Positions 8,387 through 19,247 are shown, numbered from the stretch's first letter. The stretch: DNA of 48,437 nt from Chitinophaga pinensis (GCA_945870985.1 CAMBUH010000001.1:1-48437), one strand, 5' to 3'. Numbers and translations: made by a program. The notes: generated from the sequence alone by a model not told the origin.

Positions 8387-8680
8387 ATCTTTTTGCGTTC
8401 TGTTTTAGCAATGGCTTGAGTAAAGCTTGCGCCTGTGCACTGGCAACTTAATTATTGATAGAAACGGAAGTGCCTATGCTGGAAAACCCCTGACCGCGGG
8501 ATACAACCAATTATATTACCCATACCCAAACAGATACCTTCAGACAAACCTCTTCCAACACAAATCAGTGATCAAATCAGACTAGTTGAAACAATGGGAG
8601 CCTGTTTAAATTTATCATTTCATACAAATAAAATTGTATGGATATGCCACGTATGAAATAGTTTGCAAAGAAAAATACAA

Positions 8681-9247
8681 ATGCTAAAGTTTATCAAAGC
8701 AACCATTCGAGCAGGCATTCTTTTCTTATTACCGGTAACTGTTACACTGGTAATTCTTAGCAAGGTATATCTACAGGTAGAAAAGTTAATGGTACCTATT
8801 ATCCACCAATTACCCGATCAGGTTGGGGTGTTTAGGCTGCGCCTCCTGCTAACTATCGTGCTGCTGGTATTTGTTTTCTTTATTGGAGGATTGCTTTTTC
8901 GGGTAAGCCTATTCAGAAAATGGGTGGCCGCTCTTGAAAATCAGGTACTAACTTTAATGCCGGGCTATTCTCTATTAAAAACAACTACCGGAGAAACATT
9001 GGGGGAAGAGCTGCATGAAAAAGCTGAACCTGTTTTAGTAAGGGATAACGACCATTATCGTCCGGCTATTTTAGTAGAAATCAAAGACAATTGGGCAACC
9101 ATCTTTTATCCCGAACCTCCTAAATATACTTCTGGAGAAATCACATTAGTTCCCTTTGACCAAATCGAATACTTATCCGGTAATCTTTTTGGTACGATTC
9201 AGGTTTTAAAACGGAATGGAAAAGGTTTGTTAGACCTCAGAAAATAA
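8681..9247 (+). CDS. DUF502-like membrane protein
   Basis: Two N-terminal TM segments (GILFLLPVTVT), MPGYSLLK and P..P..TSG motifs; ATG at 8681 preferred over TTG at 8663. Confidence 0.65.
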   Translation: MLKFIKATIRAGILFLLPVTVTLVILSKVYLQVEKLMVPIIHQLPDQVGVFRLRLLLTIVLLVFVFFIGGLLFRVSLFRKWVAALENQVLTLMPGYSLLKTTTGETLGEELHEKAEPVLVRDNDHYRPAILVEIKDNWATIFYPEPPKYTSGEITLVPFDQIEYLSGNLFGTIQVLKRNGKGLLDLRK

Positions 9248-9248
9248 A

Positions 9249-10541
9249 CTAAAAAGCTTCATTTAAGCCAAAAAATATTCCACTAGAACCTCTGCCCTTT
9301 GCATAGTCGATACAAATCGTGCTGCGGCTTTGCTTTTGAAAGAGAATGCGTAACCCAGTTCCAGCAGCGGGTTCCCAAAACTGAAATATTTTTTTTCCCA
9401 AATCGTCGGAAGCAGTTTGCAGATTTACAAAACAAACTCCGCTTAATAAGTGATTGGAGGTAATGGGAAATCTGTATTCGGTTTCAAAATATGCATAAGA
9501 AGGCCCCTTCACCCTGCTAATTGTATAGCCTCTACCCATGCGATAATAGGCGTCGGAACCAGTTCCGGGCAAATCCAGATAGGGAACTTTACCGCTTACC
9601 ATATACGAGCCCCAGTGCCAAAATGCCAACACCTTATCCGGACGTTGTTTACTTAAACTCCAGTATTTTCTAAATTCATATTGAAGTTGAACGGCTCGCT
9701 GGGAGCTTCCCATCCAACCGGCGTTTGTACCTAATGTAAGTTCGGCATACATCCCTCCATATGAGCGGATGGGATGTTCACGGGTATTATATTGTAAAGA
9801 CAATAATAAACCGTTAGCGTTATAGTCTGTTGAACTAAATCCATTTCTTACTGAATATAAAAAATGGGGAGTACTGAATGTGGGGGAGAGTTTTTCATCA
9901 GTTATGCGCTTATGCATATTGATATTAATCCCACCTCCAATAAAAAAATGAGTGGCTACTTTCACATACACTTTCTCTTGAAGTCGAATATAATTGAAAG
10001 TAATTGGAAAAGAACTATCCGAATTTTCTAGTGGGAATTCATCTAAATTAAATTCGTCTTTACTGTCTCGTGCGTTGCCAGAACCAATTCCAAAATCTAC
10101 TATCCCAAAACGAGAAAGTTGCCAGTTCCCCTGAAAATTGAGTCGGTTTTCTGGAAGAAAAATATTATGGCGAGCCTGCAGGGTAACTATATTTTTAGAA
10201 GTGTATAAAGCTTCCACACCAACCACAGAAGCCGTAGTTTTTTCTGCCGTTCCCAATTGAAAACTCATTACCGATTTTGCCCCAATTACAAACCCTAAAC
10301 TGGGATTATATCCAAATGATGGCAAAATGGGAATCCCCGGCTTTTTAGCAGGCTGTGTGGAATCTGTTTTTTTCTTTAGCACCTGCTTAAATACATCCCC
10401 TAAATCCCGGATGGTAATCCGTTCTTGTGCATACGAAAAATTACTACAACAGATAATACAAAATACCGTCTTCCACCAAAAGGTAAAAGACGGTACAAGT
10501 AATTTTTTTTTCAGGCTGCTGCCTGAACTAAATAAATGCAT
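9249..10541 (-). CDS. Omp85/BamA-TamA-family outer membrane beta-barrel (short, no obvious POTRA domains)
   Basis: PSFGYNPSLG, YNTR, MGRGYTISR (RGY lid motif), ETEYRF, terminal FFGLNEAF; start uncertain. Confidence 0.7.
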   Translation of the reverse strand: MHLFSSGSSLKKKLLVPSFTFWWKTVFCIICCSNFSYAQERITIRDLGDVFKQVLKKKTDSTQPAKKPGIPILPSFGYNPSLGFVIGAKSVMSFQLGTAEKTTASVVGVEALYTSKNIVTLQARHNIFLPENRLNFQGNWQLSRFGIVDFGIGSGNARDSKDEFNLDEFPLENSDSSFPITFNYIRLQEKVYVKVATHFFIGGGININMHKRITDEKLSPTFSTPHFLYSVRNGFSSTDYNANGLLLSLQYNTREHPIRSYGGMYAELTLGTNAGWMGSSQRAVQLQYEFRKYWSLSKQRPDKVLAFWHWGSYMVSGKVPYLDLPGTGSDAYYRMGRGYTISRVKGPSYAYFETEYRFPITSNHLLSGVCFVNLQTASDDLGKKIFQFWEPAAGTGLRILFQKQSRSTICIDYAKGRGSSGIFFGLNEAF

Positions 10542-10555
10542 CAATAAAGATAAAA

Positions 10556-11206
10556 CTATTTCTTAGCTGGTGAGAGTTTAAACACCAATCCACCACCCAA
10601 GCCAACTTGTAACATGGAAGAATAAGAAGCAAGGCCAATTCCAGCACCACCAGTACCAAAATAAGCACCACCACCTACTGCTTGTGTAACCGACATCAAC
10701 TGAGCCTGCAATTTAATACCTACCGTTTCGGTAATATACACATTCGTACCCAATTTAAATCCATAACCGAATTTTGTAGTCGTTTTATTTCCGCCAGCAT
10801 CTGAATTTTTAATGCTGAAGATAGTCATACCAAGCATACCACCTACATAGGGTTCAACCTTTTTGCTGGCAACTGGAAAGTAACGGTTACCACCGATCAT
10901 GATATTGTTAATGCCAACCAAAAAAGTCTTATTCTTTGTGCCATTTTTATAATACGTCATGGGAGCTTCAGTATCCATTCTCAAATAACTTACTTCCAAG
11001 CCGGTATACTTATGTGGCATGAATTCAATTCCACCTCCCCACATAACATTACCACGGATAGTGCCCTTATAATAGTTGTTGGCATCGTAGTAAGAATCTA
11101 TATCATCGTCAAAAGCATACCCTGTGTAAATGTGAAAGCGGGTGTTTTGGCCATAAGAAATGCTAACGATTGTAAGCAAGAAAGCGAGGATGAATGTTTT
11201 TTTCAT
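10556..11206 (-). CDS. Small outer membrane beta-barrel protein
   Basis: MKKTFILAFLL signal peptide (ATG at 11206), alternating amphipathic strands, VEPYVGGMLG, C-terminal GGLVFKL. Confidence 0.75.
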   Translation of the reverse strand: MKKTFILAFLLTIVSISYGQNTRFHIYTGYAFDDDIDSYYDANNYYKGTIRGNVMWGGGIEFMPHKYTGLEVSYLRMDTEAPMTYYKNGTKNKTFLVGINNIMIGGNRYFPVASKKVEPYVGGMLGMTIFSIKNSDAGGNKTTTKFGYGFKLGTNVYITETVGIKLQAQLMSVTQAVGGGAYFGTGGAGIGLASYSSMLQVGLGGGLVFKLSPAKK

Positions 11207-11251
11207 ATAATTTTTTTTTAAATGCCAATGATCCATGGCGTTATAGTAACG

Positions 11252-11309
11252 CAAATATAAAATCAGTTAGTATAGCATTGCCATTTTGATTGTTTCAATT
11301 TGCCATTTT
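11252..11309 (-). promoter_or_regulatory. -7 element plus direct-repeat operator upstream of the OMP gene
   Basis: TATATTTG (11252-11259, minus); TTGCCATTTT at 11278-11287 and 11300-11309 (22-bp period). Confidence 0.55.
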
Positions 11310-11357
11310 AGTGATTTTAAACAAGAAAAAAGCTTGATTATCAATAAAAAATTTATT

Positions 11358-12524
11358 CTATGGAATAATCACCGATGCACCGGCAGATAATTTAACCCGA
11401 TAACTTACCAAATTACGGTTGAAATGATGCTGGTATTGTTGGGTAATGGTTGCAATAAATGGTGCGACTTCAGCAGAAGAAATCAGGTTAAGTGTACATC
11501 CGCCAAATCCTCCCCCCATCATCCGGGCACCTATAACCTGGTTAGATACTTGTGCTTCTTTCACCAAAAAATCAGCCTCGGGGCAACTGACTGCATATAA
11601 ATCCCTTAGTCCTATATGGGTAGCATACATTTTTTGGCCAAAAGAGATAATATCCTGGTTCTTAAGATTCTCTGCTGCAGCTAGAAGCCGGCTATTCTCC
11701 TGAACAATATAGGTACACCTGCGATTAGTAATTGTATCGGCGGGAATACTTAGGTTTACCTGTTCTATGGTTGCTCCACTCAAAAATTGTATCTGCGGAA
11801 ACTTTTGCTGTATTTTTTCTAGTCCCGCCTGGCATTCCTCTCTGCGCAAATTATATTCCGTGCCTGCAAGTGAATGCTTTACACCTGTATCCAGCAATAC
11901 CATCTCTATATCCGGAAAGTGAAAGGGCAAGTAAGTATAATCGAGATTAGAACAATTCAGCATAATCAGTTCATTGTCTTTTCCAAACATACTAGCAAAC
12001 GGATCCATGATGCCGCATTGTAGTCCTATAAAATTATTTTCGGCAGCCTGCGCCATCGTAACCATGGTTAGGGTTCGTAATTGAAAATTGAAAAGCTGAT
12101 CCAAAGCCAATAATCCAGCACATTCAAGAGCTGCAGAAGAAGAAAGTCCTGCGCCCACCGGCAAATCAGAAAGAATTACCGCATTAAATCCGGATGGAAA
12201 TAGTTGTTTTTGTTGTAATTGCTGAATAACCCCCAACAGATAGTTGGGCCAACTTTTTACGGAATGTGTGAGTTCATCTATCCGTCCACTGTATGTATCT
12301 GTAAAGTCTGCGGAAATCAATTCAATCCGATTATCTGCTCTGCCTCCTATTGCAATATAAATAGCCTTATCGATAGCCGCGGGCATTACATACCCAAGAT
12401 TATAGTCCGTATGCTCCCCGAGAAAATTAATTCTTCCAGGTGCTTTTACTACATAGGCCGGCTCTCCGAATTGAGCAGTATATAAGCCTAGTAACTGAGA
12501 AAGTGGGTCGTTAGGTAACATCAT
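11358..12524 (-). CDS. galK: Galactokinase
   Basis: APGRINFLGEHTDYN, PVGAGLSSSAA, CGIMD, GARMMGGGFGG; ATGA overlap with the upstream stop codon. Confidence 0.96.
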   Translation of the reverse strand: MMLPNDPLSQLLGLYTAQFGEPAYVVKAPGRINFLGEHTDYNLGYVMPAAIDKAIYIAIGGRADNRIELISADFTDTYSGRIDELTHSVKSWPNYLLGVIQQLQQKQLFPSGFNAVILSDLPVGAGLSSSAALECAGLLALDQLFNFQLRTLTMVTMAQAAENNFIGLQCGIMDPFASMFGKDNELIMLNCSNLDYTYLPFHFPDIEMVLLDTGVKHSLAGTEYNLRREECQAGLEKIQQKFPQIQFLSGATIEQVNLSIPADTITNRRCTYIVQENSRLLAAAENLKNQDIISFGQKMYATHIGLRDLYAVSCPEADFLVKEAQVSNQVIGARMMGGGFGGCTLNLISSAEVAPFIATITQQYQHHFNRNLVSYRVKLSAGASVIIP

Positions 12525-13924
12525 TCCAATATATATTGCTCATGAAGATCGGGTATTTCTATAAAACGAAATCCTTTATGCAGTAACTTCTCTTTAAATG
12601 CTTCTTGCACCTCATATTCTCCATGCACTAGAAATAATACTTTAATAGCAGCAATATCCTGACAGGCCACAAACTGACAAAGATCATCATAATCGCCGTG
12701 GGCACTCATACTTCGCATCTCTCCTACTTCGGCCGCCACATCATACATTTCTCCAAATATTTTCACTTCCTTAGCGCCATTAACCAACCGACCACCGAGC
12801 GAACGGGGTTCGCAGTAACCCACTAATAGTATGGTGGTGGATGGATTACTGATATTATTCATGATATGATGCTTTACCCTTCCCGCATCAGCCATTCCGC
12901 TGGCAGAAATAATGATACAGGGCTGTGCAATATCATTCAATCGTTTACTTTCTGCAGCATCTTTAATAAAATGTAAGCCCTTAAAGTCAAAAGGATCTTC
13001 ATCCTTTTCCATCAGTTTTCTAATTTTATTATTAAAATATTGAGGGTACTTTTTCAATAGTGCAGTCGCCTCTCCGCTCAGGGGGCTATCCACATAAATG
13101 GGTATTTTCGGCAATCGGTTTTCTACTTCAAGTTGATTAAGAGCATATAATATTTCCTGCGTGCGCCCTACGCTAAATGCCGGAATAATTAATTTCCCTT
13201 TTTTCTGAATACAGGTTTTTTCAATCCACTCTAATAATTTATCGGGGGCTCCGGTAATTTCTTCGTGTAACCGACTTCCATAGGTGCTTTCTAATAGCAC
13301 GTAATCGGCTTGACTGAAAGTAGCAGGGGCTCGTAAAATAGCATCATTGTATCGTCCCACATCTCCACTAAAAGTTATTCGCGTGGTTTTTCCATTCTCA
13401 GTAATCCGTAAATGAACGGCTGCGCTGCCAATAATATGTCCGGCATCGGTAAACATAACTTCCAGCTCGGGTAAAACAGATTGCCATTGATCGTATTCTA
13501 GGGTGATGAATAAATCCAGTGCCCGGGAAGCGTCTGACAAATCGTACAAGGGCTCAAAAGGAGGTAGCCCTTGTTTGGCTCTTCTTTTATTGATAAATCG
13601 AGTGTCGTCTCTTTGTATCTCAGCAGAATCTTCCAATAACAAGGCACTTAATTCTTTGGTGGCCGGTGTAGAATAGATGGCTCCCTCAAAACCCTCTTTC
13701 ACCAATTTGGGAATCAAGCCGCAGTGGTCGATATGTGCATGGGATAAAATGAGAACATCTACCTCACTTGGTGCAAATCCAAAATTAGCATTGAGTGGTT
13801 GGGTATCTTTTCCCATTCCCTGAAACATGCCACAATCGAGCAAGATTTTTTTGCCGGAACGAAGTGTTATTAGGTGCTTAGAACCGGTTACGGTTCGGGC
13901 TGCCCCATGAAAACTGATTTTCAT
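12521..13924 (-). CDS. Beta-CASP family MBL-fold metallo-hydrolase (putative RNase)
   Basis: VTGSKH, LSHAHIDHCG, AGHIIG, FSGD, ESTYG, PAFSVGRTQE, SAHGD, LVHGE. Confidence 0.92.
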   Translation of the reverse strand: MKISFHGAARTVTGSKHLITLRSGKKILLDCGMFQGMGKDTQPLNANFGFAPSEVDVLILSHAHIDHCGLIPKLVKEGFEGAIYSTPATKELSALLLEDSAEIQRDDTRFINKRRAKQGLPPFEPLYDLSDASRALDLFITLEYDQWQSVLPELEVMFTDAGHIIGSAAVHLRITENGKTTRITFSGDVGRYNDAILRAPATFSQADYVLLESTYGSRLHEEITGAPDKLLEWIEKTCIQKKGKLIIPAFSVGRTQEILYALNQLEVENRLPKIPIYVDSPLSGEATALLKKYPQYFNNKIRKLMEKDEDPFDFKGLHFIKDAAESKRLNDIAQPCIIISASGMADAGRVKHHIMNNISNPSTTILLVGYCEPRSLGGRLVNGAKEVKIFGEMYDVAAEVGEMRSMSAHGDYDDLCQFVACQDIAAIKVLFLVHGEYEVQEAFKEKLLHKGFRFIEIPDLHEQYILE

Positions 13925-13927
13925 TTA

Positions 13928-14416
13928 CTAATTTTTACGTGCCTTGAAACTCCAAGTGATAAGAAATTCGGCTACTACTTCATTATTTTCATTAGTTCCC
14001 ACCGAACGGGTAACAATTTGGGTGCTTTCGCCGGAAGCAATGGTATCCTCAACCGCCTTATCAATTAATGCCCCATCCTTACAGGTAAATAAAATAAGTC
14101 CAGTTGCTTTTTTTATAAAAGAGGCCTCCAATTTTACTACCAGCATACTAACAGCCGGGTTTCGGCGATACACCTGTCCAAAACTCATCAACCCAGTACT
14201 CATCTCTGCAGCCATCGATTGAACCGCAAAATACATAGAGCGGAATGGATTTTGGTTAAACCAACCATGCCTTACAGAAATTACGGTAGTAGCAGCATTC
14301 AACTCTCTAATGCGTAAGCCACATAAAAAAGCAGTAGGCAGTTTTTGCAATAGAAAGAACCGAAAACTAATTGGACTACTGATTTTACTTCTAAAGATTT
14401 CGAAATGTGGATTCAT
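13928..14416 (-). CDS. DUF4442 / hot-dog fold thioesterase-like protein
   Basis: NQNPFRSMYFAVQSMAAEMSTG motif, F.KKATG, terminal WSFK. Confidence 0.75.
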   Translation of the reverse strand: MNPHFEIFRSKISSPISFRFFLLQKLPTAFLCGLRIRELNAATTVISVRHGWFNQNPFRSMYFAVQSMAAEMSTGLMSFGQVYRRNPAVSMLVVKLEASFIKKATGLILFTCKDGALIDKAVEDTIASGESTQIVTRSVGTNENNEVVAEFLITWSFKARKN

Positions 14417-14425
14417 ATTTGCTGT

Positions 14426-14827
14426 TTAAAGATATAAATAGGGATAGTTGGATGCTTGAAGTGCCTTATTCGTGCAGCTGAGCAAGAATTCCTTGCCTTT
14501 TGGGGCATCATAACTTTTGCCCAGTTCTAAGTAGCTTGAATTTTGTGTGTGAATCAAATTCCCATCTGCATTTAATACAAGAAATACTGGAAATCCGAAT
14601 CGATTAGGAAACCCATACGCTTTAAAAATAGCGGTGTTTTTATTTTCCTTACTATAGTTAAGATGATACACTATATAATTGGCCTGAATGAGTGCTAGTT
14701 TGTTTTGTGCCTTTGCCACCGCAAGAACAATTTCCTTTTTAGCAGCTGCTTTTGGATGATATAAAGAGAAGGCGGCAGTGGCAGAAAACGAAATGGTAAT
14801 CCATATAATAATTACAAGTACTTTCAT
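14426..14827 (-). CDS. Thioredoxin-family exported protein lacking the CxxC segment (possibly a decaying gene)
   Basis: NYIVYHLNYSKENKN...RFGFPVFLVL..DG.LIHTQNSSYLE resembles Bacteroidota thioredoxin-like proteins; only one Cys in the ORF. Confidence 0.6.
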   Translation of the reverse strand: MKVLVIIIWITISFSATAAFSLYHPKAAAKKEIVLAVAKAQNKLALIQANYIVYHLNYSKENKNTAIFKAYGFPNRFGFPVFLVLNADGNLIHTQNSSYLELGKSYDAPKGKEFLLSCTNKALQASNYPYLYL

Positions 14828-14851
14828 TTCGCTCAATTTGTAAAATATCAA

Positions 14852-15589
14852 CTATAATAACAAGGCGGCCAATGCATAATCGGCTACCAATATCAAAATA
14901 CAACTTATCACTACTGAACTGGTACTGGCCCTCCCGATTTCGAGTGCTCCTCCCTTAACATTATATCCAAAATAACAGGAAATACTACTGATAATGAATG
15001 CAAATGTGTAAGATTTATATAAGGCAAAATTGATATTGTACTCATTCAGGTTTTGCCGCAATCCAATATCGTATATATCTGGCACCAGAATGCCAGTAGC
15101 AGCACCTGCAAATCTTCCTCCCCAAATACCCAGTACGGCAGACAATACAACCAAACAGGGCATCACTACCAAAGAGGCTAGAATTTTAGGCATAATCAGA
15201 TAACTTTTCGTGTTAATGCCCATAATTTCCAAGGCATCAATTTGCTCGCTGATTCGCATATTTCCTAATTCACTGGCAATTTTACTGCCAACAACCCCAG
15301 CCAGCACAACACACAGAACAGTTGGAGATAATTCGAGAATCATACTGTCTCTAACTATCTGAGCGATGGTAGCCTGCGATACCAGTGGGCTTACCAATTG
15401 ATAGGCTGTTTGAATGGTAGTTACTGCTCCCAGAAAAATAGAAATTATCACTACTATAGGGAGGGCGCCCAGGCCAATTTCAACACACTGGTGCATGAAC
15501 TCCTTCCAATACATGCGTCCGCTTTCGGGCTTGGTAAACATGCCCTTCAACATCAACAAATACGTTCCAAAATGGGTAAAAAAATTCAT
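14852..15589 (-). CDS. mlaE: MlaE-family ABC transporter permease
   Basis: VGSKIASELGNMRISEQIDALEIMG, KGGALEIGRAST. Confidence 0.9.
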   Translation of the reverse strand: MNFFTHFGTYLLMLKGMFTKPESGRMYWKEFMHQCVEIGLGALPIVVIISIFLGAVTTIQTAYQLVSPLVSQATIAQIVRDSMILELSPTVLCVVLAGVVGSKIASELGNMRISEQIDALEIMGINTKSYLIMPKILASLVVMPCLVVLSAVLGIWGGRFAGAATGILVPDIYDIGLRQNLNEYNINFALYKSYTFAFIISSISCYFGYNVKGGALEIGRASTSSVVISCILILVADYALAALLL

Positions 15590-15619
15590 GGGGCTTGTAT
15601 CAATACTTGCAATTAAAAA

Positions 15620-17962
15620 TTATTTTTTCCTCTTTTTCAGGCGTTTCCACCAAGTGCTCTTTTGAACGGCTGCGTCGGTATCCATCCTGCATTTCAATTG
15701 GGCATCCATCACTGCTACTGTTGCCATATTAATAATATTTCTTACAGTGCTTCCCAGTTGCAAAACATGCACCGGTTTTTTTAACCCCAATAATATAGGT
15801 CCAATTGCATCTGCCCCACCCACTTCCTTCAATAAATTGTAGGCCACATTGCCGGAAGTAAGGCTAGGAAATATCAGCACATTCACATCCTGATCAACCA
15901 AATCACTGAAAGGATAATTATCTCGCAAAATTTCTTTATTAAATGCCATGCTTCCCTGCATCTCTCCATCTACAATCAAGGAGGGATTCCGCTGTTTAAG
16001 TAACCGGGTTGCATCCGCTACCAATCTGGCTTCGGGTGAATCACTGCTACCGAAATTACTATAGCTTAACAAAGCAATCCGGGGAGTAAGGTTGAAATTT
16101 CTTACTTCTTTGGCAACCATCTGGGTAATATCAGCCAGTTCTTCGGCGGTGGGATTAAAGTTTACGGTTGTATCAGCCAGAAACAAAGGTCCTTTTTTGG
16201 TGAGTAGCAGATACATGCCTGCAATTTTCTTCACGCCTTCTTCCGTTCCAATAATCTGTAGCGCCGGACGAATGGCTTCCGCATAATTTTTAGTTAGTCC
16301 GCTTAACATGGCATCTGCATCACCTGTTTCCACCATCATACAACCAAAATGGTTGCGATCTTTCATCATCTTCAAACTCTCGTAGTGATTCACGCCTTTT
16401 CGCTGACGTTTTTTAAAGAAGAGTTGACCATAAAATTCACGCTTAGCCTCCTGTTCGTCGCTGCGCGGATCAATGATGGGAATATCAGATAAGTCGATAT
16501 TATTTTCTTCTGCAATCTTATTGATCTTTATCGGATCGCCCAATAATATTGGATACGCTGTTCCTTCATCATATAATATACTGGCGGCTTTTAAAATTTT
16601 CTGGTTATCCGCTTCTGCAAACAATAGCCGCTTTGGATCTTTTCGGGCTTTGTTACTAATTACCCGCATCAGTTGATTGTCCAGTCCCAGCCGCTTATTT
16701 AATTCCAGTTGATACGCTTCGGTATTGGTAATATTTTTTTGCGCCACCCCACTGTCCATGGCAGCCTGTGCAACCGCCGGTGCTACTGTGGCTAATAACC
16801 GAGGATCTAGTGGCTTTGGTATAATATATTCAGGACCGAAAGCCATGTTCTGCTGATTGTATGCCATATTCACAATATCCGGAACCGGCGATTTGGCTAG
16901 GTTTGCCAATGCCTTAACTGCGGCCAGCTTCATGGGCTCATTGATCTGTCGGGCGCGAACATCCAGTGCCCCGCGGAATATATAAGGAAACCCAAGCACA
17001 TTGTTTACCATATTGGGATAATCCGACCTTCCGGTAGCCATAATAATATCTTTCCGAACCGAGGTAGCCAACTCATAAGAAATTTCCGGATCTGGATTGG
17101 CCATAGCAAAAACAATGGGATTTTTTGCCATCGATTTAATCATGTCAGTTGAAACCACATTGCCCACGCTCAATCCCAAAAACACATCGGCATCCTTCAT
17201 GGCCTTATCGAGTGTCCAGTCTGATTTTTCCACCGCAAACTTTCGTTGAATATCTCCCAGGTCTGTTCGTTTTTGATGGATAACGCCCTCCTTATCAAAA
17301 AGTATAAAATTACTGTACTTCGCTCCCAACGCGATATATAGCTGAACACAAGCCAAGGCAGCTGCCCCGGCACCATTCACCACAAAACGAACCCGCTCGA
17401 TTTTTTTCTTTTGCAATTCCAATGCATTCAGCAAGGCAGCACTGCTGATGATAGCCGTACCATGCTGATCGTCGTGCATCACTGGAATATTCATTTGCTC
17501 GCGTAGTTGCTGCTCGATGTAAAAACATTCTGGAGCCTTGATATCTTCGAGGTTAATCCCACCAAAAGTGGGTCCCAGTGACTTTACTATTTGTACAAAT
17601 TTTTCCGGATCTTTTTCATCAATCTCAATATCAAAAACATCAATATCAGCAAAAATTTTAAACAATACTCCTTTCCCTTCCATTACCGGCTTACTCGCTT
17701 CTGGTCCGATATCACCCAATCCCAAAACAGCAGTGCCATTTGTAATTACCGCCACTAGGTTTCCTTTAGCGGTATATTTATAAACATCTTCGCGATTAGC
17801 AGCAATTTCTTTGCAGGGTTCTGCTACTCCGGGGCTATAGGCTAATGAAAGATCACGCTGGGTTTTGGCTTCCTTGGTAGGTACCACTTCTATTTTGCCC
17901 GGTCTTCCACCAGCATGGTATTCGAGTGCCTGTTCTTTATGTAAATCAGTTTGCTTCGCCAT
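15620..17962 (-). CDS. maeB: NADP-dependent malic enzyme with PTA-like C-terminal domain
   Basis: [40 protein letters not shown]; C-terminal [18 protein letters not shown]. Confidence 0.95.
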   Translation of the reverse strand: MAKQTDLHKEQALEYHAGGRPGKIEVVPTKEAKTQRDLSLAYSPGVAEPCKEIAANREDVYKYTAKGNLVAVITNGTAVLGLGDIGPEASKPVMEGKGVLFKIFADIDVFDIEIDEKDPEKFVQIVKSLGPTFGGINLEDIKAPECFYIEQQLREQMNIPVMHDDQHGTAIISSAALLNALELQKKKIERVRFVVNGAGAAALACVQLYIALGAKYSNFILFDKEGVIHQKRTDLGDIQRKFAVEKSDWTLDKAMKDADVFLGLSVGNVVSTDMIKSMAKNPIVFAMANPDPEISYELATSVRKDIIMATGRSDYPNMVNNVLGFPYIFRGALDVRARQINEPMKLAAVKALANLAKSPVPDIVNMAYNQQNMAFGPEYIIPKPLDPRLLATVAPAVAQAAMDSGVAQKNITNTEAYQLELNKRLGLDNQLMRVISNKARKDPKRLLFAEADNQKILKAASILYDEGTAYPILLGDPIKINKIAEENNIDLSDIPIIDPRSDEQEAKREFYGQLFFKKRQRKGVNHYESLKMMKDRNHFGCMMVETGDADAMLSGLTKNYAEAIRPALQIIGTEEGVKKIAGMYLLLTKKGPLFLADTTVNFNPTAEELADITQMVAKEVRNFNLTPRIALLSYSNFGSSDSPEARLVADATRLLKQRNPSLIVDGEMQGSMAFNKEILRDNYPFSDLVDQDVNVLIFPSLTSGNVAYNLLKEVGGADAIGPILLGLKKPVHVLQLGSTVRNIINMATVAVMDAQLKCRMDTDAAVQKSTWWKRLKKRKK

Positions 17963-18036
17963 TTGCTAGATTTTCATTCCGGTAAGGGAAAATTATAGTC
18001 ATTTCACTAATCTAATACAAAGTAAACAAATATTCG

Positions 18037-19242
18037 TTAACCAACCGATCCGTTAACGGATTGTGGAAATACGGTAGCGCCCAACCAGGCCATAACACCG
18101 ATTCCTTTTTCAATTGCCCGTTCATCAATATTAAAGCGGGGCGTATGCACCTGATGTATAATGCCCTTTTCTTCGTTACGCACACCAATTCTAAAAAAAC
18201 ATCCCGGTATTTGCTGAGAATAATATCCAAAATCTTCGGCCCCCATGCGCAATTCAGTTTCCAACACATTGTGGTTGCCCATCCAAGTGGCTGCTTGTTT
18301 CCAAACCAACTCAGTAAATGCCGGATCATTATCTACCGTAGGGTATCCTATATCGATATGGAGATCAAGTTCTGCCCCCATCCCTTCTACTAAGCCCGTT
18401 GCCTGTTTTCTGATTAGTTCGTGAGCCTTATAGCGCCAGGCCTCATCCATTGCCCGAAAAGTGCCCATCATTTTTACCTCACTGGGAATTACGTTGGTGG
18501 CATTTCCCCCTTGAATAGAACAAATAGATAATACCGAAGGAGATACCGGATTGTTATTTCTGGAGATAATTTGTTGCAAGGATACCACCAGTTGTGCAGC
18601 AATTAATACCGTATCTGCCGTTAAATGAGGGGCAGCCGCATGTCCGCCTTTGCTTTTAATGGTAATGTATATTTCATCGGCACTAGCCATTACCCTGCCT
18701 TTTCTAAAACTCAGCTTTCCGAAATCTAATCCAGGATGAACATGCAGGGCAATGATTCCCTGGGGTGCAGGATTTTCCAGTACCCCATCGCGAATCATAT
18801 AACTTGCTCCACCCGGATTTTTCTCTTCGCCCGGCTGAAAAATCAGCTTTAAGGTTCCTTCCCACTCCTCTTTTAACTCAGCTAAAATTTTAGCTGCTCC
18901 CAATAATAAGGTAGTATGCACATCATGACCACAGGCATGCATTACCCCATTGTTTACTGAGCGATAAGCCACTTTATTTTCTTCCTGAATTGGCAGGGCA
19001 TCCATATCAGCCCGGAGTGCCAATACTCTTTTAGTAGGATTCTTTCCTTCTAAGATTGCTACTACCCCGGTTTCGGACATAACCTGATAGGGTATGCCCA
19101 TTTCGGCTAATTTTTCTTGAACAAAACTACTGGTGGAAAATTCCCGGTAACTTAGCTCAGGATGGGCATGTAAGTGATGGCGAACCTGAATAAATTCATC
19201 AGCATATTTACTGGCAAGTGTTTGTATTTTTTCAGCTAACAT
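18037..19242 (-). CDS. M20D-family amidohydrolase
   Basis: HAHPELS, LRADMDALP, MHACGHDVH, FQPGEE, GAEDF, HTPRF; ATG at 19242 preferred over TTG at 19251. Confidence 0.92.
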   Translation of the reverse strand: MLAEKIQTLASKYADEFIQVRHHLHAHPELSYREFSTSSFVQEKLAEMGIPYQVMSETGVVAILEGKNPTKRVLALRADMDALPIQEENKVAYRSVNNGVMHACGHDVHTTLLLGAAKILAELKEEWEGTLKLIFQPGEEKNPGGASYMIRDGVLENPAPQGIIALHVHPGLDFGKLSFRKGRVMASADEIYITIKSKGGHAAAPHLTADTVLIAAQLVVSLQQIISRNNNPVSPSVLSICSIQGGNATNVIPSEVKMMGTFRAMDEAWRYKAHELIRKQATGLVEGMGAELDLHIDIGYPTVDNDPAFTELVWKQAATWMGNHNVLETELRMGAEDFGYYSQQIPGCFFRIGVRNEEKGIIHQVHTPRFNIDERAIEKGIGVMAWLGATVFPQSVNGSVG

Positions 19243-19247
19243 ATGCT

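Noticed and set aside
8387-8660. Pseudogene or ncRNA in the gap after the PKD gene
   Set aside because: Frames are interrupted with no recognisable family; only a 7-bp inverted repeat (8621-8640) was seen, which is insufficient evidence.
1674-11357. Integrative element or genomic island at tRNA-Glu
   Set aside because: No integrase, and no duplicated tRNA 3' end (att site) was seen in the window.
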